From: an uncultured Oscillospiraceae bacterium
GTDB lineage: Bacteria > Bacillota > Clostridia > Oscillospirales > CAG-382
NCBI GenBank assembly: GCA_964485815.1
Contig: CAZAJX010000005.1
Coordinates: forward strand, 193-64,192
Length of the DNA: 64,000 bases
Direction of reading: 5' to 3'
The notes under the pieces are model-generated. The model made no database searches, had not been told where the DNA came from, and saw only the letters and a program-made list of their open reading frames with translations. Every line of letters begins with the position of its first letter. Positions within the stretch are counted from its first letter, which is position 1. This document shows positions 28,145 through 37,367 of this stretch, one piece after another. The translations under genes were made by a program, and so were the position numbers.

Positions 28145-29118
28145 AGCCATCCCTCGTTTTCTTGTTTGTATTTTTTGAGCAACTCGTCCGCATCCTTAAC
28201 AAGACGACGCATTTGCGCGGTATTTTTCACGTTTGCTCCTGCGGCGCAGGCGTGTCCGCCGCCGCCGTATTTTTCCGCCAGCTCGCTTACCGTAACGAAA
28301 CGGGAGCGAAGACGGACGCGGATATTATCCTCGGTTTCAATAAACGCCAGCCATATAAGGCTGTTTTTAATATTATCGATATATCCTACGCAAGCGGACG
28401 CATCCTCAATGGAAAGTCCGTATTTTTCGCGGGTCTTTTTATCAACGTAAATATAAACCACGCCGTTTTCGGATATTTTCATCTTATCGTATACATAAGA
28501 ACGGAATTTAAGGGTGTGGTATTCCTTCATATACAGATTTGCATACAGGGTATCAAGGTCTATACCAAGGTCTATAAGCATTGCCGCAAGACGAAGTGTA
28601 TCTCCCGAAACGGAGCGATACTTAAACCGTCCCGAATCCGTAACCATTCCGCAGTAGATGTAAGTGGCCGCCTGAGCGTCTATCTTCAATTCGTCCTTGA
28701 AGACACTGTAAAACTCCGCGATCATTTCGCAGGAGGAAGAGTAATCCTCCATTATCCATTCCACGTCCCCGTAAGATTCTACGGGAATGTGGTGGTCTAT
28801 TTTTACGATACTCTTGCACAGCGAAAACTTTTTGTTGGAGATACGCGCCGCAGTTGCGGTATCCACCACTATTCCCAAGGCGTCTTTATACATTTCATCG
28901 GGAATAGGCTCGTCCTCGCCGCCCAAAAAGGCAAGGTGGGACGAATAATCGGAATTGAGAAGATATATCTCCTTTTCGGGAAAAGACAATTTAAGTATTC
29001 TGTGCAATCCCTTGGAAGAGCCGATAGCATCTCCATCCGGCATCTTGTGGCGGAATATTATTATGCGGTCGTACGCCTTTATGGTGTCAAGCACCGCTTT
29101 CATTTGTTCATACTTCAT
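28141..29118 (-). CDS. DHH/DHHA1 phosphoesterase (NrnA-like nanoRNase / pAp phosphatase)
   Basis: PDGDAIGS, IDHH and GGGGHACAAG motifs. Confidence 0.85.
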   Translation of the reverse strand: MKYEQMKAVLDTIKAYDRIIIFRHKMPDGDAIGSSKGLHRILKLSFPEKEIYLLNSDYSSHLAFLGGEDEPIPDEMYKDALGIVVDTATAARISNKKFSLCKSIVKIDHHIPVESYGDVEWIMEDYSSSCEMIAEFYSVFKDELKIDAQAATYIYCGMVTDSGRFKYRSVSGDTLRLAAMLIDLGIDLDTLYANLYMKEYHTLKFRSYVYDKMKISENGVVYIYVDKKTREKYGLSIEDASACVGYIDNIKNSLIWLAFIETEDNIRVRLRSRFVTVSELAEKYGGGGHACAAGANVKNTAQMRRLVKDADELLKKYKQENEGWL

Positions 29119-29119
29119 A

Positions 29120-30052
29120 TTATTCTCCCATAGCGTTAAGATCTGCCAAAAGCTGCATAGCCTCGTCTTTATCCTTTAAGGTTGCGCCGCTTGCCTTTTG
29201 GTGTCCGCCGCCGCCGTATTTAACGGCAATAGGATTGATATTATATTTATTTGAGCGTATTTCACACAAAACGCCGTTTTCGGTTTCCGTGAAATTCACC
29301 CAGCTATGTATACCTTTAATATCCGACATAACGCCAACCATTCCGCGGGATACGGTAAAGGTATCCGCACCGCAGGAGGCAACTTCATCAAGCGTATTGT
29401 ATATATACCCTACTCCGTTTGCGGTTACGTTGATCTTCAACGTAAAGCGGGCTCGCAGTTGAACGGATGAAAGCTCGTCCGAATACAGATTGCTGTATAT
29501 ATCGTTGGCATCGAATCCTTTGGAAATGAGGAATGACGCCATTTCAAAGGTCTGGGCATTGGTGCTGTCATATCTGAATCTGCCCGAATCGGTGATCATA
29601 CCCGTATACAAGGCTTTTGCCGCTTGAGAAGAAACCTGCAGACCTGCGGTTTTCGCCATACACGCAATAAGTCCGCAGCAGCTTTCGAAGGAAGTATCAA
29701 CCACCTCTTCGTCCGCAAACTTTTGCACGAATATATGATGGTCCAGCCGTGCGGTGGCGGCGGCTTTGGAATAGCGGTCATCGCTGACAAGGGCAGGCGT
29801 AGCAGAATCAAGAATGATAGCAAGGGCGTTTTCGTACGCGCTGTCATCTATGGTATCCATATCCCCGTCCGCAATAAAGGAATAACGGGGTGTCATATCG
29901 CCTACAACGTAAACCTGCTTTTCGGGATAGGTTTCTTTTATAATATATTTAAGTCCCATCTGGCTGCCCAAAGCATCACCGTCAGGCTTTGAATGGCGGT
30001 GAATAATAACAGTGGGATATTTTTCTATAAGTTGGATTATTTTTTGAAACAT
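29120..30052 (-). CDS. DHH/DHHA1 phosphoesterase, second divergent paralogue
   Basis: PDGDALGS, LDHH and GGGGHQKASG motifs. ATG at 30052 (TTG at 30073 is possible). 1-nt gap to the next gene. Confidence 0.85.
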   Translation of the reverse strand: MFQKIIQLIEKYPTVIIHRHSKPDGDALGSQMGLKYIIKETYPEKQVYVVGDMTPRYSFIADGDMDTIDDSAYENALAIILDSATPALVSDDRYSKAAATARLDHHIFVQKFADEEVVDTSFESCCGLIACMAKTAGLQVSSQAAKALYTGMITDSGRFRYDSTNAQTFEMASFLISKGFDANDIYSNLYSDELSSVQLRARFTLKINVTANGVGYIYNTLDEVASCGADTFTVSRGMVGVMSDIKGIHSWVNFTETENGVLCEIRSNKYNINPIAVKYGGGGHQKASGATLKDKDEAMQLLADLNAMGE

Positions 30053-30080
30053 AAAAAGTGTTTTTCCTTTCAAGGCAGGG

Positions 30081-31283
30081 TTATTTATCGAAATATCCTT
30101 TGTATTCTACCTGCAACTTGCTTTCGGGGAACAGATAGTGATGTAGGCTTATGAAATAATCGTCAGTCATACTGGCGATATAATCCACTATGATCTGATG
30201 ATGATCGGAATTCTCATAGGGAATATCCCGCTTGTGGCGGTAAGAAGAATTAACGTAATCTATATGGTGGGTAAATACGGGGGACAAGCGATTATTTTGC
30301 TTGAGATCGTCAAGAAGCTGACAGTATATTTCCTCCATCATAGGCTTTACGCTGGCTTCGAACTTATCGTCCAGAGCGGCGCGGTTATATATAAGCTTAT
30401 AGTTTTCCATTTTGTACTTTCTCAGAGCGTTGAAATGCTCCTCGTCCAGCTTTATATATGGCTTTCCGTAGCTGTTTTCAATAACGTTTACCACGAGATT
30501 ATTGATTATCTCGGAATTTGCAGAGCCGATACAATCGTCAAAGGGTATATCCTCTGCGGGATTGATTATTCTTGCATCCTGTCTGTCCTTACCAAGATAT
30601 GCGATAATGTCCGAAAGACGCACCACCGCGCCCTCTAACGTTGAAGGCATTATTGATTTTGCAACGGCGGGGTCTGTATAGCATTTTTCAATAATGTCAT
30701 CAAACTCATCAAAACCGTTCACAGGCTGAGGATAATATTCCTCGCACTCGATCTCACCGTTGTGGGCGGCTATACCGTTAAGTGTCTGCAGGCTGAGGTT
30801 AAGAGGGAATATTCCGTCCAGCACGCGGACGGAGTGTATGTTGTGGTAAAAGTGCCGTCCCGTATGACCAAAAGACAGTTCATCAAGAAATTTTTCTCCC
30901 GTATGACCGAAAGGTGTATGACCGATATCATGTCCCAGAGAGATAGCTTCGATAAGATCAAGATTAAGATGAAGCGCCGCGCCGATAGTGCGGGAAATTC
31001 TGGAAACCAACTGAACGTGCAGACTTCTGCGGGTGATATCATCGTTTTTCCAAAGAGAGAACACCTGAGTCTTATCGGTATAACGGTTGTAATAGGGACA
31101 ATACATTATACGGTCGATATCGTGAGCGAAGGTAGGACGCCAAACCGTAGGCACATCTCGATCTCGTTTTTGACGCAACACAACGTCCTTGTTTTTAAAA
31201 GCGGTATCCGGATAATTTCCGGTACGGTTGGCTTCTTCTATTTTTGCGGAAACCTCTGCTGAGAGGACCTCATATTTAGACAT
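30081..31283 (-). CDS. HD-domain dNTP triphosphohydrolase-like protein (dGTPase family)
   Basis: LHVQLVSRISRTIG...SLGHDIGHTPFGHTGE motif, GGGAGG RBS. Confidence 0.8.
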   Translation of the reverse strand: MSKYEVLSAEVSAKIEEANRTGNYPDTAFKNKDVVLRQKRDRDVPTVWRPTFAHDIDRIMYCPYYNRYTDKTQVFSLWKNDDITRRSLHVQLVSRISRTIGAALHLNLDLIEAISLGHDIGHTPFGHTGEKFLDELSFGHTGRHFYHNIHSVRVLDGIFPLNLSLQTLNGIAAHNGEIECEEYYPQPVNGFDEFDDIIEKCYTDPAVAKSIMPSTLEGAVVRLSDIIAYLGKDRQDARIINPAEDIPFDDCIGSANSEIINNLVVNVIENSYGKPYIKLDEEHFNALRKYKMENYKLIYNRAALDDKFEASVKPMMEEIYCQLLDDLKQNNRLSPVFTHHIDYVNSSYRHKRDIPYENSDHHQIIVDYIASMTDDYFISLHHYLFPESKLQVEYKGYFDK

Positions 31284-31314
31284 TTGTTTACCTCCCTTTT
31301 TGGTTAAAATGGGG

Positions 31315-32625
31315 TTATATGCCGATCACCTTATATATAAGCGGCTCTTCTTCGGGTTTTACATTTCCAAAGGTTAACGCGGCCACAAGGGTACGCTCCG
31401 ATACCTCCAACGTATGCTTCCGTTCGGTATACAGCCGTGCGATAATATCGCCCTTTTTCACCTTGTCGCCCGTCTTTTTATAAAGCATTATTCCGGCTTT
31501 GGGATCAATAACATCGTCTGCTTTTTCTCTGCCTGCGCCCAAAAGCATTGCGGCAGTTCCGATCATCTCCGCGTTACAGCCCACAATATATCCGTCCGTT
31601 TCCGAAATAATATCACGGGTATATTCTGACTGACCCATAAGGGACGGATTGCGGGCGTATTCTATATTTCCGCCCTGACAGGATATCCAACGGCAAAACC
31701 GTTCAAATGCTTCACCGCTTTCAAGAACGGAAAGAACGTTGCTTTTGGCTTCTTCTATGCCGCACTTGCAGGAAAAGCTTACCATAAGAGATGCAAGAGT
31801 AACGCAAATTTCACGCAGATCATCAGGTCCGCCGCCCTTCAAAACCTCCACAGCCTCGCTTACCTCAAGCAGATTGCCGATAGCGTTGCCCAAAGGTCTG
31901 TTCATATCCGTAATAACGGCGGCAATGTTTCTGCCGTGGGATACGCCTATTTTTACCATCATCTCCGCAAGACGGATGGCGTCTGCCTTTTCACGCATAA
32001 AGGCACCGCTTCCGCATTTAACGTCCAGAACGATAGAACGTGTGCCTGCGGCGAGCTTTTTGCTCATTATAGAAGAGGCGATGAGCGGTATGGTATCCAC
32101 CGTAGCGGTAACGTCCCGCAGAGCGTATATTTTTTTATCCGCAGGGGCGAGATTTCCGCTTTGACCAATAACGGCAAGCCCTATATCCTGCACCTGATCA
32201 ATAAACTGCTTGGGAGAAAGGGTGGTATGAAATCCATCAAAGGATTCCAGTTTATCCACCGTTCCGCCGGTGTGACCCAATCCCCGACCGCTCATTTTTG
32301 CAACTATGCCTCCGCAAGCGGCAACGATAGGTGCGACGATAAGGGTGGTTTTATCCCCTACTCCGCCGGTGGAATGCTTATCCACACTGCGGTCGCCGAA
32401 AACGGAAAGATCTACCGTGTCGCCCGAAAGTGCCATTGCCTCCGTGAGGTCGAATATTTCTTCGTCCGTCATTGAATTGAAGTACACCGCCATCAGCCAA
32501 GCGGACATCTGGTAATCGGGAATATCACCCCGAGTATATGTGTTAACCATTTCGAAAAGCTCATCACGGGTAAGAGATAAGCCTCTCTTTTTCTTTTCGA
32601 TAAGGTCGTACATTCTGATAGCCAT
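31315..32625 (-). CDS. pdp: pyrimidine-nucleoside phosphorylase
   Basis: 436 aa, HSTGGVGDK motif, typical N-terminus MRMYDLIEKKKRG. Confidence 0.92.
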   Translation of the reverse strand: MAIRMYDLIEKKKRGLSLTRDELFEMVNTYTRGDIPDYQMSAWLMAVYFNSMTDEEIFDLTEAMALSGDTVDLSVFGDRSVDKHSTGGVGDKTTLIVAPIVAACGGIVAKMSGRGLGHTGGTVDKLESFDGFHTTLSPKQFIDQVQDIGLAVIGQSGNLAPADKKIYALRDVTATVDTIPLIASSIMSKKLAAGTRSIVLDVKCGSGAFMREKADAIRLAEMMVKIGVSHGRNIAAVITDMNRPLGNAIGNLLEVSEAVEVLKGGGPDDLREICVTLASLMVSFSCKCGIEEAKSNVLSVLESGEAFERFCRWISCQGGNIEYARNPSLMGQSEYTRDIISETDGYIVGCNAEMIGTAAMLLGAGREKADDVIDPKAGIMLYKKTGDKVKKGDIIARLYTERKHTLEVSERTLVAALTFGNVKPEEEPLIYKVIGI

Positions 32626-32640
32626 AGTTACTCCTCTCTT

Positions 32641-33057
32641 TTAATCCACGTTATCTTTTGTAAACGCTTCGGGAAGCAGGTTTTCAAGAGTTATTATCTT
32701 CTCTGTTTTTCCGTCAAACAAAATAATTTCAAAATCCTTCCCGCAAAACTCCGCCATTACCTGCCTGCATACTCCGCAGGGCGCGCAAAACTCGGTTACG
32801 CCATTTTCCTGCTTTCCGCCCACAACCGCAATAGCCTTAAAGCGGTTTTCTCCGTTATGAACGGCGGTGAAAAACGCCACTCTCTCTGCGCAAACTGTGG
32901 GAGAAAACGAGGCGGATTCAATATTTGCGCCCGTATATACCTTTCCCTCGACAGTAAGCAACGCCGCGCCTACGGCAAAAGACGAATACGGGCTGTAGCT
33001 TTTTTCTCTTGCCGAGATAGCCTTTTGAATTAAATCTTTATATACTGTGTTTTCCAT
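32641..33057 (-). CDS. cdd: cytidine deaminase (homotetrameric type)
   Basis: CAERVA and PCGVCRQ zinc motifs. ATG at 33057, 1 nt after the deoB stop. The upstream 61 codons of the ORF were rejected. Confidence 0.9.
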   Translation of the reverse strand: MENTVYKDLIQKAISAREKSYSPYSSFAVGAALLTVEGKVYTGANIESASFSPTVCAERVAFFTAVHNGENRFKAIAVVGGKQENGVTEFCAPCGVCRQVMAEFCGKDFEIILFDGKTEKIITLENLLPEAFTKDNVD

Positions 33058-33058
33058 A

Positions 33059-34180
33059 TTATTCACCAAGCAGATATTTGATAACGGTATCCCGTATAAC
33101 CGTAAATCCTTCGATAACGCCTTTGTTTTCGGGAACAATTCTGTTACCGTATACCAGCAGAGGAACGTATTCACGGGTGTGGTCTGTGCTGTTATCGGAA
33201 GGATCGCATCCGTGGTCCGCGGTGATGATAAGCATATCATCCTTTTGCATATTCTTCATAAATCCGCCGAGCCAAATATCAAATTCGTTTAACGCACGTG
33301 CATATCCTACGGCATCCTGACGATGTCCGTAAAGCATATCGAAATCCACGAGGTTTACAAAGCACAGCCCCGAAAAGTCTTTTTCGGCGATTTGGGATGT
33401 GATCTCCATCCCCTCTTTATTGCTGTGAGTGGGATAGGTTTCGGTTATGCCCGAGCCTGCGAAAATATCGTTTATCTTGCCTACGCCGATAACGTCAAAT
33501 CCCCTTTCTTTAAGGGTTTCGTTCATATTGCCGTGAGGAGGCTTAAGGGAAAAGTCCCGTCTGTTTGCGGTTCTGGTGTATGCGGAAGAAGTACCCGTAA
33601 ACGGACGCGCAATAACCCGTCCCACGCCGTGGTCGCCCGTTAAAATTTCACGGGCAATTCCGCAAATGCGGTACAGTTCTGAAAGAGGAACCATTTCCTC
33701 GTGGGCGGCTATCTGGAACACGCTGTCTGCCGAGGTGTAGACGATAAGCTTTCCCGTACGCAAATGCTCATCCCCGTAATCACGGACAACCTCCGTGCCC
33801 GAATAAGGCTTGTTGCAAAGGGTGCCGTAGCCTGTTTTTTCCTCAAATTCCTTTATAACGCTTGCGGGAAATCCATCGGGATAGGTGGGCATAGCTTTAT
33901 CCGAAACTATACCTGCTATCTCCCAATGTCCCGTGGTGGTGTCCTTGCCCTTGCTGAGTTCCTTAAGCTTTGCCACGGAAGCAAGAGGCGAAACCACGGA
34001 AGGAATGCAGTCCACTCCGTCGATATTTCCAAGACCGAGGGACGTAAGATTGGGTATATTCAGTATTCCCGTGTTCCAAACGCTTAAAACGGTGTTTGCG
34101 CCCGCATCGCCGAAATCGGCGGCATCAGGGGCGGCGCCTATTCCAAAAGAATCCAGAACGATTAAAAATACACGTTTCAT
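33059..34180 (-). CDS. deoB: phosphopentomutase
   Basis: MKRVFLIVLDSFGIG N-terminus. The about 373-aa length fits the family. Confidence 0.92.
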   Translation of the reverse strand: MKRVFLIVLDSFGIGAAPDAADFGDAGANTVLSVWNTGILNIPNLTSLGLGNIDGVDCIPSVVSPLASVAKLKELSKGKDTTTGHWEIAGIVSDKAMPTYPDGFPASVIKEFEEKTGYGTLCNKPYSGTEVVRDYGDEHLRTGKLIVYTSADSVFQIAAHEEMVPLSELYRICGIAREILTGDHGVGRVIARPFTGTSSAYTRTANRRDFSLKPPHGNMNETLKERGFDVIGVGKINDIFAGSGITETYPTHSNKEGMEITSQIAEKDFSGLCFVNLVDFDMLYGHRQDAVGYARALNEFDIWLGGFMKNMQKDDMLIITADHGCDPSDNSTDHTREYVPLLVYGNRIVPENKGVIEGFTVIRDTVIKYLLGE

Positions 34181-34189
34181 TTATTTTCC

Positions 34190-34906
34190 TCAAAGTGAAG
34201 TTGCAACGTTAAGAGCAATTGTCATCATATCCGTAAAAGTGCTTTGTCTTGCATCCGCATCCAACGCCTCGCCACGGAGAATATGATCGGAAACAGTACA
34301 AATTGCAAGAGCGCGCTTGCCTGCGGCGGCAGCGTTCATATACAAAGCGGCGGCTTCCATTTCCACGCCGAGAACACCCATTTTATACCATCCATCGTTA
34401 AACGCGGGGTTTGCGTTATAGAACACATCGGAAGAAAGCATATTTCCAACGTGGTATCTTACACCCAGCTTTTCCGCTTCTTCAACGGTTTTACGTAAAA
34501 GAGAATAATCTGCAATAGGTGCAAAGTTACCGCCAAGACCGTATTGCTCCTGATAAGAGGAGTTGGTGCAAGCACCCATACCGATAATAATATCACGAAG
34601 TTGAACCTGATCTGCAAGCCCTCCTGCTGAGCCGATACGGATAATATTCTCCACACCGAAAAAGTTGAACAGCTCGTAGGAATAAATGCCGATAGAGGGC
34701 ATTCCCATACCGCTTGCCATTACAGACACGGGCACGCCGTTGTATGTACCGGTATATCCTTGAATTCCTCTTACGTTGTTTACCAGTACGGCGTTATCCA
34801 AAAAGGTTTCCGCAACGAATTTGGAGCGCAGGGGATCGCCGGGCATAAGCACGGTCTTTGCGAAATCTGCCGAGGTTGCTTTAATGTGAGGTGTATGCTG
34901 ACTCAT
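34190..34906 (-). CDS. deoD: purine nucleoside phosphorylase, DeoD type
   Basis: TPHI...VLMPGDPLR...GMGMPSIGIYSYEL. ATG at 34906 after AGGAGA. Confidence 0.92.
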   Translation of the reverse strand: MSQHTPHIKATSADFAKTVLMPGDPLRSKFVAETFLDNAVLVNNVRGIQGYTGTYNGVPVSVMASGMGMPSIGIYSYELFNFFGVENIIRIGSAGGLADQVQLRDIIIGMGACTNSSYQEQYGLGGNFAPIADYSLLRKTVEEAEKLGVRYHVGNMLSSDVFYNANPAFNDGWYKMGVLGVEMEAAALYMNAAAAGKRALAICTVSDHILRGEALDADARQSTFTDMMTIALNVATSL

Positions 34907-34925
34907 AATACATATCTCCTTTTTA

Positions 34926-35594
34926 TCAATAACTGCCGTCATCGGCAAGATTTTTTGCTATTTTTACAATTCGGCTGGTACCAAGACGGTCAGCCCCCAA
35001 GGCGATAAACTCCTCTGCATCCTCCAGCGAGGATATGCCGCCTGCCGCCTTTATGCGCACACCTTTTCCGATATGCTTTGCAAACAGCGCCACGTCCTCC
35101 TTGGTGGCACCGCCCTTGGAAAAGCCGGTAGAGGTTTTGATATAATCTGCGCCGGATTCGGTAACGATATGGCACATTTTTATCTTTTCTTCCTCTGTAA
35201 GAAGACAGGTTTCGATAATTACCTTTAATATCTTATCTCCGCACGTCTTTTTAAGCTCGGTAAGCTCAAAGAGGATATCATCGTATCTTTGGGATTTCAA
35301 AAATCCGATATTTATAACCGTATCTATTTCGTCTGCGCCGTTTGAAAGAGCGTCTGCACACTCAAATACCTTTGCCGCCGTGGTGGTATAACCGTTGGGG
35401 AATCCGATAACGGTGCATATTTTTAATTTTTCGCCCACATATTCCTTTGCCTGCTTAACGTATGCGGCGGGAATACAAACGGAGGCAGTGGAATATTTAA
35501 TCCCGTCATCGCAGACAGCTTTTATCTCTTCCCAAGTCGCTGTCTGGGCAAGGAGGGTGTGATCGCATTTTTTAAGTATATCCGAAAGCTGCAT
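34926..35594 (-). CDS. deoC: deoxyribose-phosphate aldolase
   Basis: CDHTLL..., KVIIET and DYIKTSTGF (Schiff-base Lys) motifs. Confidence 0.92.
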   Translation of the reverse strand: MQLSDILKKCDHTLLAQTATWEEIKAVCDDGIKYSTASVCIPAAYVKQAKEYVGEKLKICTVIGFPNGYTTTAAKVFECADALSNGADEIDTVINIGFLKSQRYDDILFELTELKKTCGDKILKVIIETCLLTEEEKIKMCHIVTESGADYIKTSTGFSKGGATKEDVALFAKHIGKGVRIKAAGGISSLEDAEEFIALGADRLGTSRIVKIAKNLADDGSY

Positions 35595-35595
35595 A

Positions 35596-36183
35596 TTATT
35601 TAACCTCTTTTTGATTTTTTATTTTTTCTTTCCAGCATTTATGGCACATTGCGATATATCTGTCGTTACTGCCGAGGAGCACCTGCTCACCCTCGGTAAC
35701 GATATTATTATTCTCATCAATACGGGCGTTTATTATCGCCTTTGAGCCGCAGGAGCATACCGTCTTGATCTCCGCAATGGAATCCGCCAGCTCGAAAAGG
35801 CGTTTACTTCCCGTAAAAAGGTGTGCAAGAAAATCCCCGCGCAAGCCGTAACACATAACCGCTACGTTACATTCGTCTACAATTCGCCTTAATTGGTCGA
35901 TATGCGCTTCGGTGAAAAACTGACATTCATCGGAAATGACTACGTCCGCATCGGAATGATATTTTATAAAAAGCTCGTATATATCGTCATCTTTGGAAAT
36001 AGTTTCACATTCCGCTTCAAGTCCTATGCGGGAGCGGACAAGATTTTTTCCGTCCCTATCATCAATATCCGGCTTGATAAGCCAGACACGCATATTACGC
36101 TCCTCGTAATTGAATTTCGCTATAAGCGCCTGCGCTGTTTTGGATGAGCCCATCGCTCCGTACTTATAATATAACTTAGCCAT
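35596..36183 (-). CDS. tdk: thymidine kinase
   Basis: P-loop GAMGSSKT, C-terminal zinc cysteines CSCG...CHKC. ATG at 36183. The upstream 53 codons of the ORF were rejected. Confidence 0.9.
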   Translation of the reverse strand: MAKLYYKYGAMGSSKTAQALIAKFNYEERNMRVWLIKPDIDDRDGKNLVRSRIGLEAECETISKDDDIYELFIKYHSDADVVISDECQFFTEAHIDQLRRIVDECNVAVMCYGLRGDFLAHLFTGSKRLFELADSIAEIKTVCSCGSKAIINARIDENNNIVTEGEQVLLGSNDRYIAMCHKCWKEKIKNQKEVK

Positions 36184-36330
36184 TCGTTTTCCGACCGCCT
36201 TTCGCATATTCCATTTAATTATAACATATTTCATAGCAAAATAAAAGAGAAAAATTTCCGCTTTATGCAGAAATAACAAATAAAAAAAGGGAATACTTTT
36301 TTTAAATAAGCAAGAAAGGATACACAGATA

Positions 36331-36765
36331 ATGATAGAGCAAGATACTATAAAGCTGCTCCGCGAATGTGATGCGGGGGTCAAAATGGGCGTAAGCTCCA
36401 TAGAGAGCGTTTTGGATTACGTTAAGGACGATACCTTGTGGAAATATTTATCCGATTGCAAGGAAGAGCACGATGAGCTTGATGACGAGCTGCAGCAGCT
36501 TTTGGACAAATACGAGGACGAAGGAAAAGACCCTTCCCCTATCGCAAAGGGAATGTCTATGCTGAAAACGGAATTCAAGCTGGGTCTTAAAGAAAACGAC
36601 AAAACTATCGCAGGCCTTATAACCGACGGTTGCAATATGGGCGTTAAGTCCTTAAACAAATATCTTAACCAATATAAAGCGGCGGACGAGGTTTCAAAGG
36701 ATATTACAAAACGCCTTATAAACCTGGAGGAAAGACTCGCCGTGGATATACGCTCATACCTTTAA
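36331..36765 (+). CDS. hypothetical helical protein (probable four-helix bundle), no confident family
   Basis: 144 aa, charged helical sequence, AGAAAGGA RBS. Confidence 0.55.
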   Translation: MIEQDTIKLLRECDAGVKMGVSSIESVLDYVKDDTLWKYLSDCKEEHDELDDELQQLLDKYEDEGKDPSPIAKGMSMLKTEFKLGLKENDKTIAGLITDGCNMGVKSLNKYLNQYKAADEVSKDITKRLINLEERLAVDIRSYL

Positions 36766-36774
36766 AAAAGCAAA

Positions 36775-36816
36775 TCACCCCTAAAATCCTACGGATTTTT
36801 GGGGACCCCGACAAAA
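36775..36816 (+). repeat. copy of the CCCC-stem-GGGG-ACCCCGA hairpin element
   Basis: tcaCCCCTAAAATCC tac GGATTTTTGGGG ACCCCGACAAAA. Confidence 0.7.
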
Positions 36817-36820
36817 TTCA

Positions 36821-36844
36821 AGCCGTTGTCAAAGGACAACGGCT
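36821..36844. terminator. bidirectional terminator abutting the stop codon of the minus-strand gene
   Basis: agccgttgtc / gacaacggct 10-bp stem with 4-nt loop. Confidence 0.7.
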
Positions 36845-37321
36845 TTATGTTTCATTTAATCTGTGTATAAGCTTTTTAACAAAGCACCTTTTATCTATGT
36901 GCATAAAAGCGCCGATAATGCCTGTATGCGCTATTGATAATGCCACACCGGCGATGACCCACCATAAAGGTCCGTCGGTAACCAAGCCAAGCAAAATAAC
37001 TATTAACACCATCATAAGACCGCGCGTAAGATAAAACGTAATAAGTCCTTTCCAAAACGAGTATTTTACCTGCATTGAACAAGAACCGTTCGTTAACGGT
37101 TCAAGGGTAAATTCTATTCGGGGGGCAAATTTTGCGGGCTTTGGCGAAAACTCCAATTCCACGTAACGGCCTTCCATTATATCTCTGGGAACTTGGGCAA
37201 ACCGAAATCTGTGGGTATCCAAGGGTTCGAATTCAAAGCGGTAAAAGATTTCCGACCGTTCAAAATTCTTGGCAGTATCAATACATTTTTCGACTGACTT
37301 GTTAATAATAACGTTTGCCAT
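36845..37321 (-). CDS. hypothetical membrane protein
   Basis: ATG at 37321 after AAGGAG. Soluble N-terminal half and 2-3 C-terminal TM segments. Confidence 0.55.
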   Translation of the reverse strand: MANVIINKSVEKCIDTAKNFERSEIFYRFEFEPLDTHRFRFAQVPRDIMEGRYVELEFSPKPAKFAPRIEFTLEPLTNGSCSMQVKYSFWKGLITFYLTRGLMMVLIVILLGLVTDGPLWWVIAGVALSIAHTGIIGAFMHIDKRCFVKKLIHRLNET

Positions 37322-37367
37322 ACCATATGACTCCTTACACACCTGCTTGTTTTTTCGGGCGGAATTT

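Noticed and set aside
27587-29133. 287-aa and 323-aa plus-strand ORFs over surE and the first DHH gene
   Set aside because: Shadow ORFs. The minus-strand products carry the SurE and DHH/DHHA1 motifs.
35596-36342. N-terminal extensions in the ORF track (tdk 248 aa; also cdd 199 aa at 32641-33240, DHHW 486 aa at 11604-13064, pilin 166 aa at 7486-7986, nitroreductase at 13000-13587, and others)
   Set aside because: Internal ATGs with good Shine-Dalgarno sequences give family-typical N-termini and lengths. The extensions are featureless, would overlap promoters or upstream genes, and some begin at TTG/GTG.
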